Origin: an uncultured delta proteobacterium
GTDB lineage: Bacteria; Bdellovibrionota; FAC87; UBA2466
Direction: 5' to 3'
NCBI GenBank assembly: GCA_963778115.1
Contig: CAVZSV010000005.1
Span: 416,001-480,000, forward strand
DNA length: 64,000 nt
In this document: in pieces, positions 22,501-29,719 of the stretch
Layout of the letters: the number at the start of each line of letters is the position of its first letter
How positions within the stretch are numbered: position 1 is the stretch's first letter
Made by a program: the position numbers and the translations under genes
Notes under the pieces: model-generated
What the model saw: only the letters and a program-made list of their open reading frames with translations
Database searches by the model: none
What the model was told of the DNA's origin: nothing

Positions 22501-23271
22501 GCAACCAGTGACAAGATGTATGTCTTTGGCGGCAGAGACGGATCCGGCACGTACCATGATCTTTACTCCTATGATCCTTCGAATGGATCTTCTGGCGCAT
22601 GGACTCAACTCTCGCCTTCGGGACCCGCTCCTAGCGCGCGCTCCGGCCATACAGCGGTAATGATAGGTTCTACCATGTACGTCTTTGGCGGCTGGGATGG
22701 GACCACTAGTTTAAACGACCTTTACGCGTACGATACCGTGGGAAATACGTGGACGAATTTGACTAGCTCGGTCACGGGTAGTGCGCCCTCCGTACGAAAT
22801 GACCACACCGCCGTTGCGATAAACGGCTTGATGTATGTTTTCGGGGGGACGGATGGAACTAATGTATTCAACGATCTCTATGTTTACGATCCGAGCAGTG
22901 GGACTGCGGGAAGTTGGACCAGCCTCTCGCCGGCGGGGGTCTCTCTCATTCCTCGTTTTGGGCATGTCGCGGTTTCCTTATCCGTCAATTCAGGCTATCC
23001 CAAAATGTATGTTTTTGGAGGACAGACCGATAGCGATCACAGTGTGGATCTCGATAGTTTCACCACAGCGATTGTCTATGTCTATGACCCCAACGAGAAC
23101 ACGTGGACGGCAGAGTCAAGCGGCGGATTCTATTCTCCCACTGGCATAGGAATCTCTTCCCCTGCGGTGTGGGGGTATGGCTCGAATTTCAACGTATTTG
23201 GCGGTAATTTCAGTTATGGCTATAGCGCCCTTGGCATCAACGGTTGGCGTACTTACTCCCCATCGCAATAG
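7534..23271 (+). CDS. Giant (5245 aa) surface lipoprotein / putative adhesin: Ig-like domain, 18 FN3 domains, many small Ig-like stalk repeats, 5 Kelch propellers
   Basis: Lipobox-like LIFAG-C; FN3 motifs (PxNV.A..G...V.SW....GA.SYN.Y, TYYY.V.A); Kelch motifs (KMYVFGG..NDLY.YDP..W); uninterrupted 15.7-kb ORF. Confidence 0.9.
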   Translation: MNAVRIAIYKLGLTLGLALIFAGCSPVSWKSAGSLSVSRTIAGVGGSSNALAAQLNSSSNFNYTISNNGQQNATALTASFSDSIQVESSNPTDAFEITGGTCNGMIPAQSNCSYIITFTPPSVGTFTANLTISFFDGNQTQTSIIPITATSYAPPPINVAATAGDGQNTLSWTPQTGATSYNIYFQTSAGVTTTASTKISGVTTPYIHQSLTDGTTYYYAITSVTDNFESSLSTEVSAMPAVGLAAPANVIATAGYGENTISWNAVTGASSYNLYWSTTAGVTTSSTKITGVTSPYAHLSLTNGTAYYYKVSAQDTGGEGPLSAEVSATPYAAAPTNIVATAGDGQVAVSWTAATGATSYNIYYSTNSNVTTGSTEIASATSGQAITGLTNGTLYYFAVTSVTGSIESGLSTIVSATPTTSLTAPVNVVATAGTSQNTISWNPVTNATSYNLYWSTTAGVTTSSTKITGVTSPYTQLSLTGGTPYYYKVSAQDAGGEGPLSSEVSATPNAAPPINVAAAAGDGQVTVTWTAAAGATAYNIYYSTSASVTTSSTKVASASSGQAITGLTNGTVYYFAVTSVTGSNESGISTIVNATPATSLTAPSNVVAIGGSAQNTISWNGVTNATSYNLYWSTTAGVTTSSTKISGVTSSYVQSSLSGGTAYYYKVSAQDAGGEGPLSSEVSATPFAPPPTNVVASGGDGQVTVTWTAATGATAYNLYYATNSSVTTSSTKVTGATSGVATTGLTNGTTYYFAVTSVTNGNESALSTIVNATPATSLAAPANVVATAGSAQNSISWNAVTNATSYNLYWSTTAGVTTSSTKISGVTSSYVQSSLSGGTAYYYKVSAQDAGGEGPLSSEVSATPFAPPPTNVAATAGDGQATITWTAATGATSYNIYYSTSASVTTSSTKVASATSGQAITGLTNGTVYYFAVTSVTSGTESALSTMVSATPATSLTAPVNVVATAGTSQNTISWNAVTNATSYNLYWSTTAGVTTSSTKITGVTSPYVHLSLTAGTPYYYKVSAQDAGGEGPLSSEVSATPNAPPPTNVAATAGDGQVTMSWTAATGATAYNIYYSTSASVTTSSTKVASATSGQAITGLTNGTTYYFAVTSVTGSNESAVSTIVNATPATGLSAPANVIATAASGQNSISWNAVTNATSYNLYWSTTAGVTTSSTKITGVTSPYGHLSLTNGTTYYYKVSAVDAGGEGPLSSEVSAMPFAPPPTNVAAAAGDGQVTVSWTAATGATSYNIYYSTSASVTTSSTKVASATSGQAVTGLTNGTVYYFAVTSVTSSTESGISSIVNATPVTSLSAPANVVATAGSAQNTISWNAVTNATSYNLYWSTTAGVTTSSTKITAVTSPYAHTSLNGGTAYYYKVSAQDAGGEGPLSSEVSATPYAPPPTNVVATGGDGQVTVSWTAAIGATSYNLYYATTSNVTTSSTKITGATSGGATTGLTNGTTYYFAVTSMTNGTESALSTIVNATPTTSLTAPASVIATAGSAQNTVSWNAVTNATSYNLYWSTTAGVTTSSTKISGVSSPYTPLSLTNGTTYYYKISAVDTGGEGPLSSEVSAMPFAAPPTNLVATATDGQVTLTWTAATGASSYNLYYSTSSTVTTSSTKVAGATSGQVVSSLTDNTLYYFAVTSVTNGTESALSSTVSATPEAVPSAPTLVATAGTGQNSLSWSAVTNATSYNLYWSTTAGVTTSSAKITGVTSPYVHSSLTTDTTYYYRLSAVDETGEGALSSEVSATPVGVLDHFTFAHPSSTTAGAATTLTVTANDAAGNTVTNFTGTVTLTSSDGSASLPSAYTFQSGDLGVHQFALTFNTTGSQTATATSGIVTLTSTNYAVESTIPLSVTVANMTTAPDQSDAYTIANGVPPYTVSTVAGGSISNPSGSGTFLADGSSSAVGITVTDSLSNTASLTITVNQPLTITLSQAPPNLPQPSSAPASTVWNGKMYLFSGSVNGLDSNLLFSYSPTLNVVRALSPSGTAPTVSNGSQFFLTTIGNLLYAFTYDGSSFHISTYDPTSGTDGAWTSLAPSGSAPNFDGTYPITEATVGSKMYLFGFYHSGSYTPGIKVFDPSNGAQGAWSSLSPSGSGPQTDTYLASTVGGNIYLYGNSQGGVYSYNPTSGASGAWTKLTPAGAPPPANLDKVTTIAAAGTAFYAYTQYDEIFAFDTSSGGTWTNLGTFEPGAYVALASQDVNGEIYFYGSGENAPWEFDAYSPGGTSGGSNVWVPETPSYQSTSSTLESGEQVTYTVSGGTGPYTVTKVSGYFVSQSTSSGIYGMPNVGDTLTVTDSLQNSYSVTLTPGTTLTLTGTFAVAYNAYGYFTASGGDGSFTMFTNSGNIMVGAQNGSGASLTQTFIDSTDNCIEANLSVEDGNSNYAYFNSQIDGLSIAANTSSLIQGLSTPYTLTNPCSEAVTVTADHGTVDQAGNYQAPSDYTGTVTLTAYGFFGNVVSTTLTVTADPAINVSLGDSHPDDGGSTTIDATGGDGIYTITAQNGTVVGTTYRAPASGGSDVITVTDSDGNQKTYDVTLNSNLSIAMASPTMLSGLQTAYTVANGTPPYSVSVSSGATVSNATGSGNIVADGSQSSVTLSVTDAASASSSFTVSVVAPLYLGITQPPANFGADYAASTTCDGKMFVFGGMTNNGLSNAITSYDPNGNAWRVLTPSGTAPTPREYATAGCLGNKVYVFGGFDGSTPLNQLYLFDPTAGSFGAWSSVTPAGSAPVSREYPASVVISGKMYVFGGENASGQYLNDLYVYDPATGASGTWTALTPTGNAPSVRIKAIVGVISGKMVVQGGDTTGNTPVSDFYAYDPTNGSNGAWSSLSPSGTAPSGEGTATVINNKLYVLQTSADPNQMFIYDPSSGATGAWMSGGTFESGNPRYGAVSQTFNNEVFFFGGGAAFSSELSEFDPNGNDFFVQTPVFIYTNPTLESNQSIAYEILGGTSPYTVTGHTDNASGSGNFTMPASGLGELDVTDSSGQAFSIDFSNAQTLAVTMGTTQPYQGSTTTYTISGGVGPFSVSTQYGSVDNASGSGNYTAPITLEQDTLTVSDSDGYIATVPINNRAYPAISINISQTGLNINQTEEFTVTGGSGSFDVQAQYGSITLAGGNTFYYAAPSYATSDEITVTDNVSQVQAEQGITVENLSLSVAPGTELDVSELATITVSGGNGQYTYQATRGMIDQSGNYQAPSSSGSDLITVTDSLGVSFSEGITVDAALSLPPTMTVDSGASSAVATSGSDGSYTYSATYGSFTGDIYTAPGGIGNPSNDTITVTDGNGVTTTITVTLNSDLSATVANSTLAVGQITSYSVSGGTSPYQISAALGSVSNATDNGNYNAVTTGSDTLMISDSGGGSISLPLTIYSDPTVSAPAYIAEGATITATISCPSGSCSSSDTLGGTFSNDGTYTAPMSTGTDTLTLTDDVTNAQGTTTITVVSPVAVSFASAGTAEGSLVSYSVSGGSGSYSVSVDLGAVSNASGSGTYTASGGSGTATLTAVDTASSFSQTATIAVGPPIYIGTASVPSSFNFATSSPSAVIGSMLYVFGGYVGGGTQNYLWSYDQTQNLWTAIDAVNLPSTANTGAMVMAASGSEIYLCGSWTCWSYDPATNVVTSLSGPTSTPQSMFTIGGKLYLTGLYGSAHLGVFVYDPSQGSEASWSQLAPSGQTPGEYPDTTTALISGKIYVQSISNTSLYMYDPSNGSNGSWTTLTPSGTVFTNSPVASAVMNGKWYVVSSNQELFQYDPAAGDCGAWSEVTALNFAYDSMALMNSKLYLLASTPSHLDYFDGTNFTTVTGSTFIGGGNLTIEANQQIPYTIYGGTRPFAVTAANGSVDNPSGSGNYTMPASGGDTLTVTDGIGLVYNITMSSGQTLTISVPATTVASNGSLDYTVTGGYEPSVSAECGTVSNPSGSGTYTPSACTSDVITVTDGNDYSVTADITITYPALTLTIGSESLYVDQATILTVSGGSGDYSLSASYGTILGSTYTAPGSAVSDLITVTDNVTEASTSSLITVSDFPAISVSLGSSTVTPSGSTSVSVTGGSGNFTLSASLGSVSGGTYYAPSYETSDTVTATDTLTGLTGSASVTVAYSPLSITLGAAAVSPGGTTSVSASGGSGSYLFSASQGYVTGSTYTAPGSPTNDTITVTDTVTGDTASAGIAVDSNPTLSPSLTSLEVGQTTALNTFGGTGPMTCYADSVELSSCNFTPSSGQTGSIVVSATDVYGFSGGATVYVYPVISYSIGMTTIDDSGTTSFSIGGSDGSETAVAQYGSINSGVYTAPASGTSDTITITDDLGGETQITITLSNVVLSFASTSVAVSETTTYTVSGGVPPYSISSVSGSLSNATGSGTYTARTQGMDTITCTDSGGGFTQVEVLSSLPGLSGLPSYVAAGASATATVSCSGQNCSATSANGGTTSIAGYVYNGSYGYYTATLTYTAPSSLGVDTITLTDNDLAMQTTATTTVLAPLQVGFGAASVAENGTISYTVGGGSGSYSLSCSNCTLSNSAGSGTLTAGSEPGVATVSLTDEVSSLTQSAQITVSGSIIVLMYPEAVAPGETSAYYIQTDTSGGLTVSVDNGSLNNSTGNGTYTAPDSSTIATITVTDAQGNTGTATVSVNTPGTWQTADTIPSLFSASGQTYATTISGTPYVFTGDDSVLYTFNPSTEAVLQLSPSGSSPTDTFYTAFLTVGSVGYLVNTSFGVWTYDPSQGTGGTWTHLAPTGAPTGSSYLYNLPTAAVLNDKIYVFGGDSVGSGSPQNELYVYDPNGGGDGTWTLLSPAGTAPSGTSNANLMTINDKLYLYLSDYQEIFIYDPTTGAQGTWTEVSASGSLPAARAGEAVGAIGDVVYVFGGWNVGSGYPDTDSWSFDTGTNTWAQLSPSGIHPPSQSYGHPWNCSITVGSVAYFFLQNYIVSYDSSSGGDGSWGPTPPATIGSTAATIGTVTYVFGGSLSTYDNQLYAYDNSQSAWSLLSPSGTAPAGRIGHSAAATSDKMYVFGGRDGSGTYHDLYSYDPSNGSSGAWTQLSPSGPAPSARSGHTAVMIGSTMYVFGGWDGTTSLNDLYAYDTVGNTWTNLTSSVTGSAPSVRNDHTAVAINGLMYVFGGTDGTNVFNDLYVYDPSSGTAGSWTSLSPAGVSLIPRFGHVAVSLSVNSGYPKMYVFGGQTDSDHSVDLDSFTTAIVYVYDPNENTWTAESSGGFYSPTGIGISSPAVWGYGSNFNVFGGNFSYGYSALGINGWRTYSPSQ
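7990..12795 (+). repeat. Tandem array of nine 534-bp units (two FN3 domains, 178 aa each)
   Basis: The same motifs recur every 534 bp; antisense shadow ORF ends fall at 8961, 9495, 10029, 10563, 11097 and 11631. Confidence 0.92.
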
Positions 23272-23296
23272 ACGATTGCGAAGCATGAAAAAGGTA

Positions 23297-23332
23297 TCCG
23301 TTACTTCTGGTCCTGGTCCGTTACTTCTGGTC
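23297..23332. repeat. Short direct repeat TCCGTTACTTCTGGTC x2 (20-bp period)
   Basis: 23297-23312 and 23317-23332 are identical; intergenic between convergent genes. Confidence 0.8.
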
Positions 23333-23469
23333 GAAGCACGAGTGACGTTGCCGCTAGCAACCGGATGTAGCGCCTCCGCAATAGCGGCGGCAAAATGAAC
23401 CACCCAGGTAAAGCAATGAACCATACCTCAATTGGCTGTTAAGGTAGTCACTGGCATTAACGTATTAAA

Positions 23470-24462
23470 TCACCCTTTTCCTTGGCACAAATCCATCCCA
23501 TGGGCCGCTTTGATCCGTTGCAAGAACATGGTGGGATTGGGGCGGAAGGTCTCGGGAAACCATTTTTTGGAAATGGCTTTTTCCAAAAGGGCTAGTGACT
23601 CTGGTCCCTTTAGGTACTGAATCTCCATAAGCGCCGATCGCATCACCATGGGGTCTTTATCAGATCCTGAGAGCACTTCTTCTAAGAGATTGTATCGATT
23701 CTTGGGGCAACTCAGATGAAGCGTATGAAGGGCTGCCATCTGTTCTTCTCTTGATTCACCGCTTGCGAGTCTCCTAGTTTTTGGGGAAAGGGCCGAAGCC
23801 ACCAATTTATTGAGTCTAGGATCTTGAGGGGAGACTGCGGCGACGGCTGTCAGCGCACGTGCAACCACGGCCGGATTTTCGGTGGAAGAGGCGAGTCTAA
23901 AGGTCTCGTCTAAGTAACCCATCTTTTCTGAGGCAGGCAGATTTCTGTCTCGAGATAAGATAGACAAAGCTTCTATTTTTTCCTCGGGGGTCGCCGGAGG
24001 AACTTGTCTTGTCAAAACCCCAACGAGAATGGGTTTACGTTCTTTCGTCATGCGGTACCCCAGGGATTGGACCGCTATGGCTCGAACCGTGGGATCGGGA
24101 TCGATGACAAGCTTTGCCAACTTTTCTGTCGAAGAAGGATCCAGGTAAAAGCCTAAAGCCCTCGCCGTGTCTTTTCGAACTTCAGAACTGGTACTACCCA
24201 CTCGTTCGTAAGTTCGTTTCTTGGCCGCGTCATCGCCTCTTTCGGAGAGCCGAATCAATGCTCCCGAAAGCTCGGTTTCGGTAGCATGCGAATTAGCGAG
24301 AATTTTTCTATCCCTTTCCAATTGCTGTGCCTGCATCGACGGGGCTTTTGAAGGCTTTCGAATTTTTTTGACTACCAGAGTCGCAGCCCCTGCCACAACT
24401 AGAGCGATTAAAAGTAGTGAAGCCCATTGCATTATTCGAGGCTTCGCGGTGATCGAGGCCAT
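23470..24462 (-). CDS. Membrane-anchored HEAT-repeat protein
   Basis: N-terminal TM (WASLLLIALVVAGAATLVV); HEAT-like SEVRKDTARALG and DPDPTVRAIAVQSLG repeats. Confidence 0.75.
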   Translation of the reverse strand: MASITAKPRIMQWASLLLIALVVAGAATLVVKKIRKPSKAPSMQAQQLERDRKILANSHATETELSGALIRLSERGDDAAKKRTYERVGSTSSEVRKDTARALGFYLDPSSTEKLAKLVIDPDPTVRAIAVQSLGYRMTKERKPILVGVLTRQVPPATPEEKIEALSILSRDRNLPASEKMGYLDETFRLASSTENPAVVARALTAVAAVSPQDPRLNKLVASALSPKTRRLASGESREEQMAALHTLHLSCPKNRYNLLEEVLSGSDKDPMVMRSALMEIQYLKGPESLALLEKAISKKWFPETFRPNPTMFLQRIKAAHGMDLCQGKG

Positions 24463-24567
24463 AATGTCTCCTGGTAACCGTTATCTGAGTTAGTTTCGGA
24501 AACCCATGGAATTTACTTAATATACCGCTTCATTAAGAAACTCTCACATTATGGCGAAAAGCGTAAA

Positions 24568-25308
24568 GTGAGATCTCTCCTGGCCATCGTCCTATTGATT
24601 GCTTGCTTAGGGTACCAGGTTTACGCCATCGAGGTCCTCTCTATTGATGAAAGCGACGACACCATCGCCGTTTCAAATTCAGAACCCAAGAAATTGAAAA
24701 AGGGTGATGATATCTGTGTTGTTTATGAAACTAAGATGCTTTGCGGCACCGTGGTCCGGGCGGATTTTAAACTAGCTCATGTGAAATTATCAGACGATAG
24801 CAAAGTGGAAAGGGTAAAGATTCTCTCAGGTCCGCAGGCTAGGGCACATATGGCTCCGCCGCGTGAGACCTATGATTTTAGTGCAGGCGTTCAGACCGGT
24901 TTTAGCTTTTTCATGCCGACCCTCGATTTTCAGTACTTTTTAAAGGACCACTGGGCGGGCGGCCTTAAAGCGATGCTTCTTACTAGTTCTGATGGCCCCA
25001 TGTCGATGAGTGCGGATGGAATTTTGATAAGTGCGAACTACTATTTTGAGTCCGGGTTTCGAGGACTTTTTTTTCAGGGAGCTACAGGAGCGATGTTTAG
25101 CACAGTAACTTCGCCTAGCGCTCATGACGCTTTCACTTCGCTCGTGCTGCAGGGCTCGGTAGGTTATCGACTGCAGCCCATTCGCCATTTGAATCTCGCA
25201 GGCTCGTTGGGTTTGCAAGTCATCACTTCCGGTAGCTCCTCCATCGCTACGTTTAATTATACGGGCTTTCGCCCGGTGTTTGCTTTTTTGGCGGGGTATA
25301 GTTTTTAG
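24568..25308 (+). CDS. Exported protein with a C-terminal small outer-membrane beta-barrel
   Basis: Signal peptide; alternating amphipathic strands; ends ...FLAGYSF (BAM-type terminal Phe). Confidence 0.7.
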   Translation: MRSLLAIVLLIACLGYQVYAIEVLSIDESDDTIAVSNSEPKKLKKGDDICVVYETKMLCGTVVRADFKLAHVKLSDDSKVERVKILSGPQARAHMAPPRETYDFSAGVQTGFSFFMPTLDFQYFLKDHWAGGLKAMLLTSSDGPMSMSADGILISANYYFESGFRGLFFQGATGAMFSTVTSPSAHDAFTSLVLQGSVGYRLQPIRHLNLAGSLGLQVITSGSSSIATFNYTGFRPVFAFLAGYSF

Positions 25309-25371
25309 GGGAGGATTAATTTTAGGATTATTCTTGAGATTAATCCTTAACATTCATGCTAAAACCCTCCC

Positions 25372-26661
25372 ATGCACTCCTTGGTCACTAGGCAGCTACA
25401 AAAAGCCATCGGCCCTGACTTCGCCCAAAAAAGGTATGTCATTGCGGTCTCCGGTGGGGTCGACTCCATGGTCTTGTGGAGTGTTATTAGAACCTTATTA
25501 CCCTGTGATCACTTCGTCGTTGCTCATTACAACCATCGCATCCGCGGCAAAGCTTCCGATCAAGATGCGAAGTTCGTAGGAGATCGGGCTAATCGGTACA
25601 AAAATCTTTCCGCCATTGGTCGGGGGAAGGTGGCTCGTCATCACAAGTCCGAAGAAAAGCTTCGAAACGAGCGGCTGAAGTTTCTTAAAGATACGGCAAC
25701 GCTTTTCGAATGCGATTTTATTTTGACCGCTCACCATTTAGATGATCAGTGGGAAACTATCTTAATGAGACTCATTCGCGGCACCGGCATTACGGGACTA
25801 AAAGGTATCGAACTTCGGCGCGGCCCCTGGGTAAGGCCTCTACTAGAGTCCACACGCGACGATATTTCGCTTTTTGCAAAGACAAACCGCATTAGCTTTT
25901 GCGTGGACAAGACAAACCAAGATACCAAGTATTTTAGAAACGAAATCCGCCACCGGATACTTCCCCCGCTTTACCAAGCAGCAGAGCAGTACGGAGGGAA
26001 AAAGGCGTTTCTCAAGCGGGTATCACTATTAAGCCAGGAAATTTCGGAAGCTTCCGCATCGTTAGAGAGAAGGGCAAGAATATCTTTTTCAAAGGGGGTG
26101 GTAACTACGCCGCTTTGGACAAGGCTAAAGACTCGGCCCTTTTTGAAACTATCGAAGGATACTCAAAGAAGAGTAGTCCGAATGGTCTTGTCGCAAATGA
26201 AGATTGCTACCCTTTCCCGCGCAAAGACTAACGAAGTCTGCCAAAAGCTTTCTGAGGGGAAACGCTTTGAAGTGCCGGGCTCTTTGCAAGTCACCCTTTC
26301 GTGCGGCTATGCGTTTTTTCAAAAGCCTCATCAGAGAACAGAAATGCTAGAGGATCTGTCTTTGGTACGAACTAAATTATCGTGCCCTTCGCTAGGAATT
26401 TCTGCAAAACTCTCCCCCGAATTAGCTCGTCGCGTCACGCCGCGTTTCTTTTCGCCGGGAGATAAACAGGGATCCACTAAATTAAAGCGGCTGTTTCTAG
26501 AAAACCGAATTCCCCTTCCGGAAAGAAAAGTTTTGCCGCTTTTAGTCGATAAGAGGACAGGGGAGGCGGTTTGGTTTTACCCCCAGCAAAGCCCTGATAT
26601 TACCGTGGAAAGAGTGACCTTTCCTTTTAGCTTTCTGACTCAAAAATCTGCTCCTCGCTAA
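25372..26661 (+). CDS. tilS: tRNA(Ile)-lysidine synthetase
   Basis: IAVSGGVDS PP-loop, AHHLDDQWET..RLIRG, RPLL and RNEIRH motifs; upstream of ftsH. Confidence 0.95.
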   Translation: MHSLVTRQLQKAIGPDFAQKRYVIAVSGGVDSMVLWSVIRTLLPCDHFVVAHYNHRIRGKASDQDAKFVGDRANRYKNLSAIGRGKVARHHKSEEKLRNERLKFLKDTATLFECDFILTAHHLDDQWETILMRLIRGTGITGLKGIELRRGPWVRPLLESTRDDISLFAKTNRISFCVDKTNQDTKYFRNEIRHRILPPLYQAAEQYGGKKAFLKRVSLLSQEISEASASLERRARISFSKGVVTTPLWTRLKTRPFLKLSKDTQRRVVRMVLSQMKIATLSRAKTNEVCQKLSEGKRFEVPGSLQVTLSCGYAFFQKPHQRTEMLEDLSLVRTKLSCPSLGISAKLSPELARRVTPRFFSPGDKQGSTKLKRLFLENRIPLPERKVLPLLVDKRTGEAVWFYPQQSPDITVERVTFPFSFLTQKSAPR

Positions 26662-26755
26662 AGTCCGTTAGCCCATAAAAATCTCAAACGAAATCGTAAT
26701 GGAGCTTGGAACTTTTGCCGATAGAGGAGTGAGGCCTTAACTCCCATACATTCAT

Positions 26756-28660
26756 ATGAAATCATCTCAAAAAACGATTCTAGCTTGGCTAATCCTGGTG
26801 GTTGCAACGGTACTCTTGTTCCAAACGGCAAGAGTCAATCACACGGAAAAACATCTAACCTTCAGCGAGTTCCTACAGGCCGTCGAAGCAGACCACGTAG
26901 AAAAGGTCATGCTTAAGGAGCACGGAAGGTACGACGGAAAATTTAAGAGTGACTACCAGGGTGGTCAAAGTTTTATCACTCAAGGGGAACGCTCAGACCT
27001 GTACCTAAAAATTTTCAACGATCACCATCTGCCTTACGATTACGAAAAAGACGAAGACAATGCCTGGATGCCCTTTATCATCAACTGGATTCCAGTCATT
27101 TTCATCTCGTTCTTGGTTCTTTTCTTCTTGCGCCAAATCCAGGTCAGCGGCGGCAAAGCAATGGCTTTCGGCCGATCACGAGCGAAGCTTTTGACCGAAG
27201 GCCATACGAAAATTAATTTTCATGATGTCGCCGGCTGTGACGAAGCCAAAGAGGAGCTCAAAGAGATCGTCGAATTCTTGCGCGATCCCAAAAAGTTTAC
27301 GCGATTAGGCGGACGCATTCCCAAAGGAGTGCTTCTGGTAGGATCTCCGGGAACCGGAAAGACGCTACTGGCCAAGGCCGTCGCCGGGGAAGCCGTGGTT
27401 CCTTTCTTCTCCATTAGCGGCAGTGATTTTGTGGAAATGTTTGTGGGGGTGGGAGCTTCGCGAGTTAGAGACCTGTTTGAGCAGGGAAAGAAACATGCTC
27501 CTTGCATCATTTTTATCGACGAGATAGACGCTGTCGGCCGCCATCGTGGTGCTGGTCTAGGCGGCGGCCACGACGAGCGCGAACAGACGCTTAACCAGTT
27601 ATTGGTTGAGATGGATGGTTTTGATTCCAAAGAGGGTGTCATCTTGGTCGCCGCGACCAACCGCCCTGACGTATTGGACCCGGCATTACTCCGGCCCGGC
27701 CGCTTCGATCGAACGGTTGTCGTGAGCAAGCCCGACGTGCGAGGCCGCGAAGGAATTTTAAAAGTTCACGTGCGTAAAACGCCTTTGGCCAAAGACGTGA
27801 ATCTAGCGGTTATCGCGCGCGGAACCCCTGGGTTTTCGGGAGCCGATCTGCAAAACTTAGTCAACGAAGCGGCGCTACTCGCGGCACGCGGAAACAAAAA
27901 CGTGCTCAGCATGAAAGAGTTTGAATTAGCAAAAGACAAAGTGCTTATGGGAACCGAGCGCAAATCGATGCTCATCGGGCCCGAAGAGAAAAGGGCAGTG
28001 GCCTACCACGAAGCCGGTCATACGATCGTGGGGATGTCCATTCCGGGTCTTGACCCGGTTCACAAAGTTACCATTATTCCCCGAGGTATGGCGCTGGGAC
28101 TTACCCAGACCCTTCCGCTGGAAGATCAGCTGAATTTATCCAAAGAAAAGGCTGAGAACATGATCTCCTTTTTGATGGGGGGCTGTTTGGCGGAGTCGAT
28201 TGTGCTGGGACAGCAGACCACCGGAGCCAGTAACGACATCGAGCGCGCTTCGGATTTGGCTCGTCGCATGGTCTGTGAATGGGGAATGAGCGACGCCATT
28301 GGTCCTGTCGCCATCGGCAAGAAGGAGCAGGATATCTTCTTAGGGAGAGAGATCCACCAAAACTCAACGGTCAGTCAAAAGACCGCGGAGCTTGTGGATA
28401 GCGAAATCCGCAGAATCATCACCACTCACTACAATCGAGCAAAGGACATCCTCGAAAAGAAAGTGGATACCTTACACCGAATGGCCGCCGCCTTACTCGA
28501 ACGCGAAAGCCTGGATAAAGATGAGATCGATCTCGTCATGGCGGGAAAAGCATTACCGCCGTTCCAAGCTCCCACGGCTCCCCCTAGTGGCAATAGTCCC
28601 GAAAATAAAGTCAGCGAAATCGCCATGGGATTGACCAAGCCCAAGACCGAAGTGGCTTAA
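26756..28660 (+). CDS. ftsH: ATP-dependent zinc metalloprotease FtsH
   Basis: Two TM helices, Walker A GSPGTGKT, Walker B IIFIDE, SRH, HEAGH zinc motif. Confidence 0.98.
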   Translation: MKSSQKTILAWLILVVATVLLFQTARVNHTEKHLTFSEFLQAVEADHVEKVMLKEHGRYDGKFKSDYQGGQSFITQGERSDLYLKIFNDHHLPYDYEKDEDNAWMPFIINWIPVIFISFLVLFFLRQIQVSGGKAMAFGRSRAKLLTEGHTKINFHDVAGCDEAKEELKEIVEFLRDPKKFTRLGGRIPKGVLLVGSPGTGKTLLAKAVAGEAVVPFFSISGSDFVEMFVGVGASRVRDLFEQGKKHAPCIIFIDEIDAVGRHRGAGLGGGHDEREQTLNQLLVEMDGFDSKEGVILVAATNRPDVLDPALLRPGRFDRTVVVSKPDVRGREGILKVHVRKTPLAKDVNLAVIARGTPGFSGADLQNLVNEAALLAARGNKNVLSMKEFELAKDKVLMGTERKSMLIGPEEKRAVAYHEAGHTIVGMSIPGLDPVHKVTIIPRGMALGLTQTLPLEDQLNLSKEKAENMISFLMGGCLAESIVLGQQTTGASNDIERASDLARRMVCEWGMSDAIGPVAIGKKEQDIFLGREIHQNSTVSQKTAELVDSEIRRIITTHYNRAKDILEKKVDTLHRMAAALLERESLDKDEIDLVMAGKALPPFQAPTAPPSGNSPENKVSEIAMGLTKPKTEVA

Positions 28661-28879
28661 CGCATTTTTTTTTCGCCCCTTCTTTTTGGCAGGCCATGCA
28701 ATGACGCGCCGCAACCTATCTTTCTCGGCACAGCGTAATTCCCTACCCACTTGAACAAATCTCTTTTATACCCTCAAAACTATTCAACTTTATGTGGTAA
28801 ATTGACGAAGAGTATTCGGGAGACCAGCTATATAGGGCTACTCCTAATATGAGGCGTTACTACTAAGGTACCTACGAAC

Positions 28880-29719
28880 ATGGTCGAGTTTTTAGCAAAT
28901 GTCCGGGAGATAGTCCGCTGGCAGGACCTAGTCGATATCCTGCTTGTGTGCATTATCGTCTACCGTGTGCTGCTGCTCATCCGAGGTACGCGAGCGGTGC
29001 AGATGCTGACCGGCTTTGGCATCATCTTAATCTTTTATTATCTGGCCGAGCGTTTAAAGTTTCACACGCTGCACACGATCTTGGTCGAGTTCTTTAACAA
29101 CCTCATTTTGATTTTGATTATCGTTTTCCAAGATGAAATCCGAAAGGCACTCACCCAAGTCGGGCGCAACCCCTTCTTCACTACGACCAACACGATCGAA
29201 GAGGTCGCCATCATCGAAGACATTTGCCAAGCCGCCGCCACTCTGGCGCAACAGCGAGTGGGAGCTTTAATCGTTTTGGAAAGAGAGACAGGGCTTAAGA
29301 ACTATATCGAAGCGGGAACCATCTTAGATTCGAAAGTAAGTGCTGATCTCATTGTCAGTATTTTTCATCCGACATCTCCCATTCACGATGGGGCCGTCAT
29401 TATTCGAAATTCACGCATCTCCTCGGCCGGGTGCCTCTTACCCATTTCCAGAGACCCTTCTATCAACAAAGAACTAGGAACCCGGCATCGCGCGGCCCTG
29501 GGGCTCACGCATGAAACCGATGCGGTCGTCATTGTTGTTTCCGAAGAAAGAGGGGAGATTTCTTTGGTGCATCACGGTACGATGGCCCGGGATCTTAACG
29601 TGAACAGTCTTAGACAGCAGCTTCTTGAGCTTTTGGGCCTTCGCAAATATGAAGCCAAGTATCAAGAGAAAGTTTGGGAAAAGCGCGCTCATGGAGATCA
29701 CATGAGGGATAGGTCATGA
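28880..29719 (+). CDS. cdaA: Diadenylate cyclase CdaA (DacA)
   Basis: Three N-terminal TM helices; HDGA and GTRHRAA catalytic motifs. Confidence 0.95.
   Translation: MVEFLANVREIVRWQDLVDILLVCIIVYRVLLLIRGTRAVQMLTGFGIILIFYYLAERLKFHTLHTILVEFFNNLILILIIVFQDEIRKALTQVGRNPFFTTTNTIEEVAIIEDICQAAATLAQQRVGALIVLERETGLKNYIEAGTILDSKVSADLIVSIFHPTSPIHDGAVIIRNSRISSAGCLLPISRDPSINKELGTRHRAALGLTHETDAVVIVVSEERGEISLVHHGTMARDLNVNSLRQQLLELLGLRKYEAKYQEKVWEKRAHGDHMRDRS

Noticed and set aside
7534..23271. Diversity-generating retroelement or shufflon acting on the giant gene
   Set aside because: No reverse transcriptase, recombinase or adenine-specific template/variable repeat pair seen in the window.
23116..23424. 102-aa minus ORF
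   Set aside because: Overlaps the giant gene end by 156 bp, runs through a DNA repeat and has no motif.
24493..26724. sigma28-like motifs (TTAAG-N15-TCCGAAAC before the HEAT gene; TAATG-N15-GCCGATAG before ftsH)
   Set aside because: Partial matches only; not distinguishable from chance without a PWM or TSS data.
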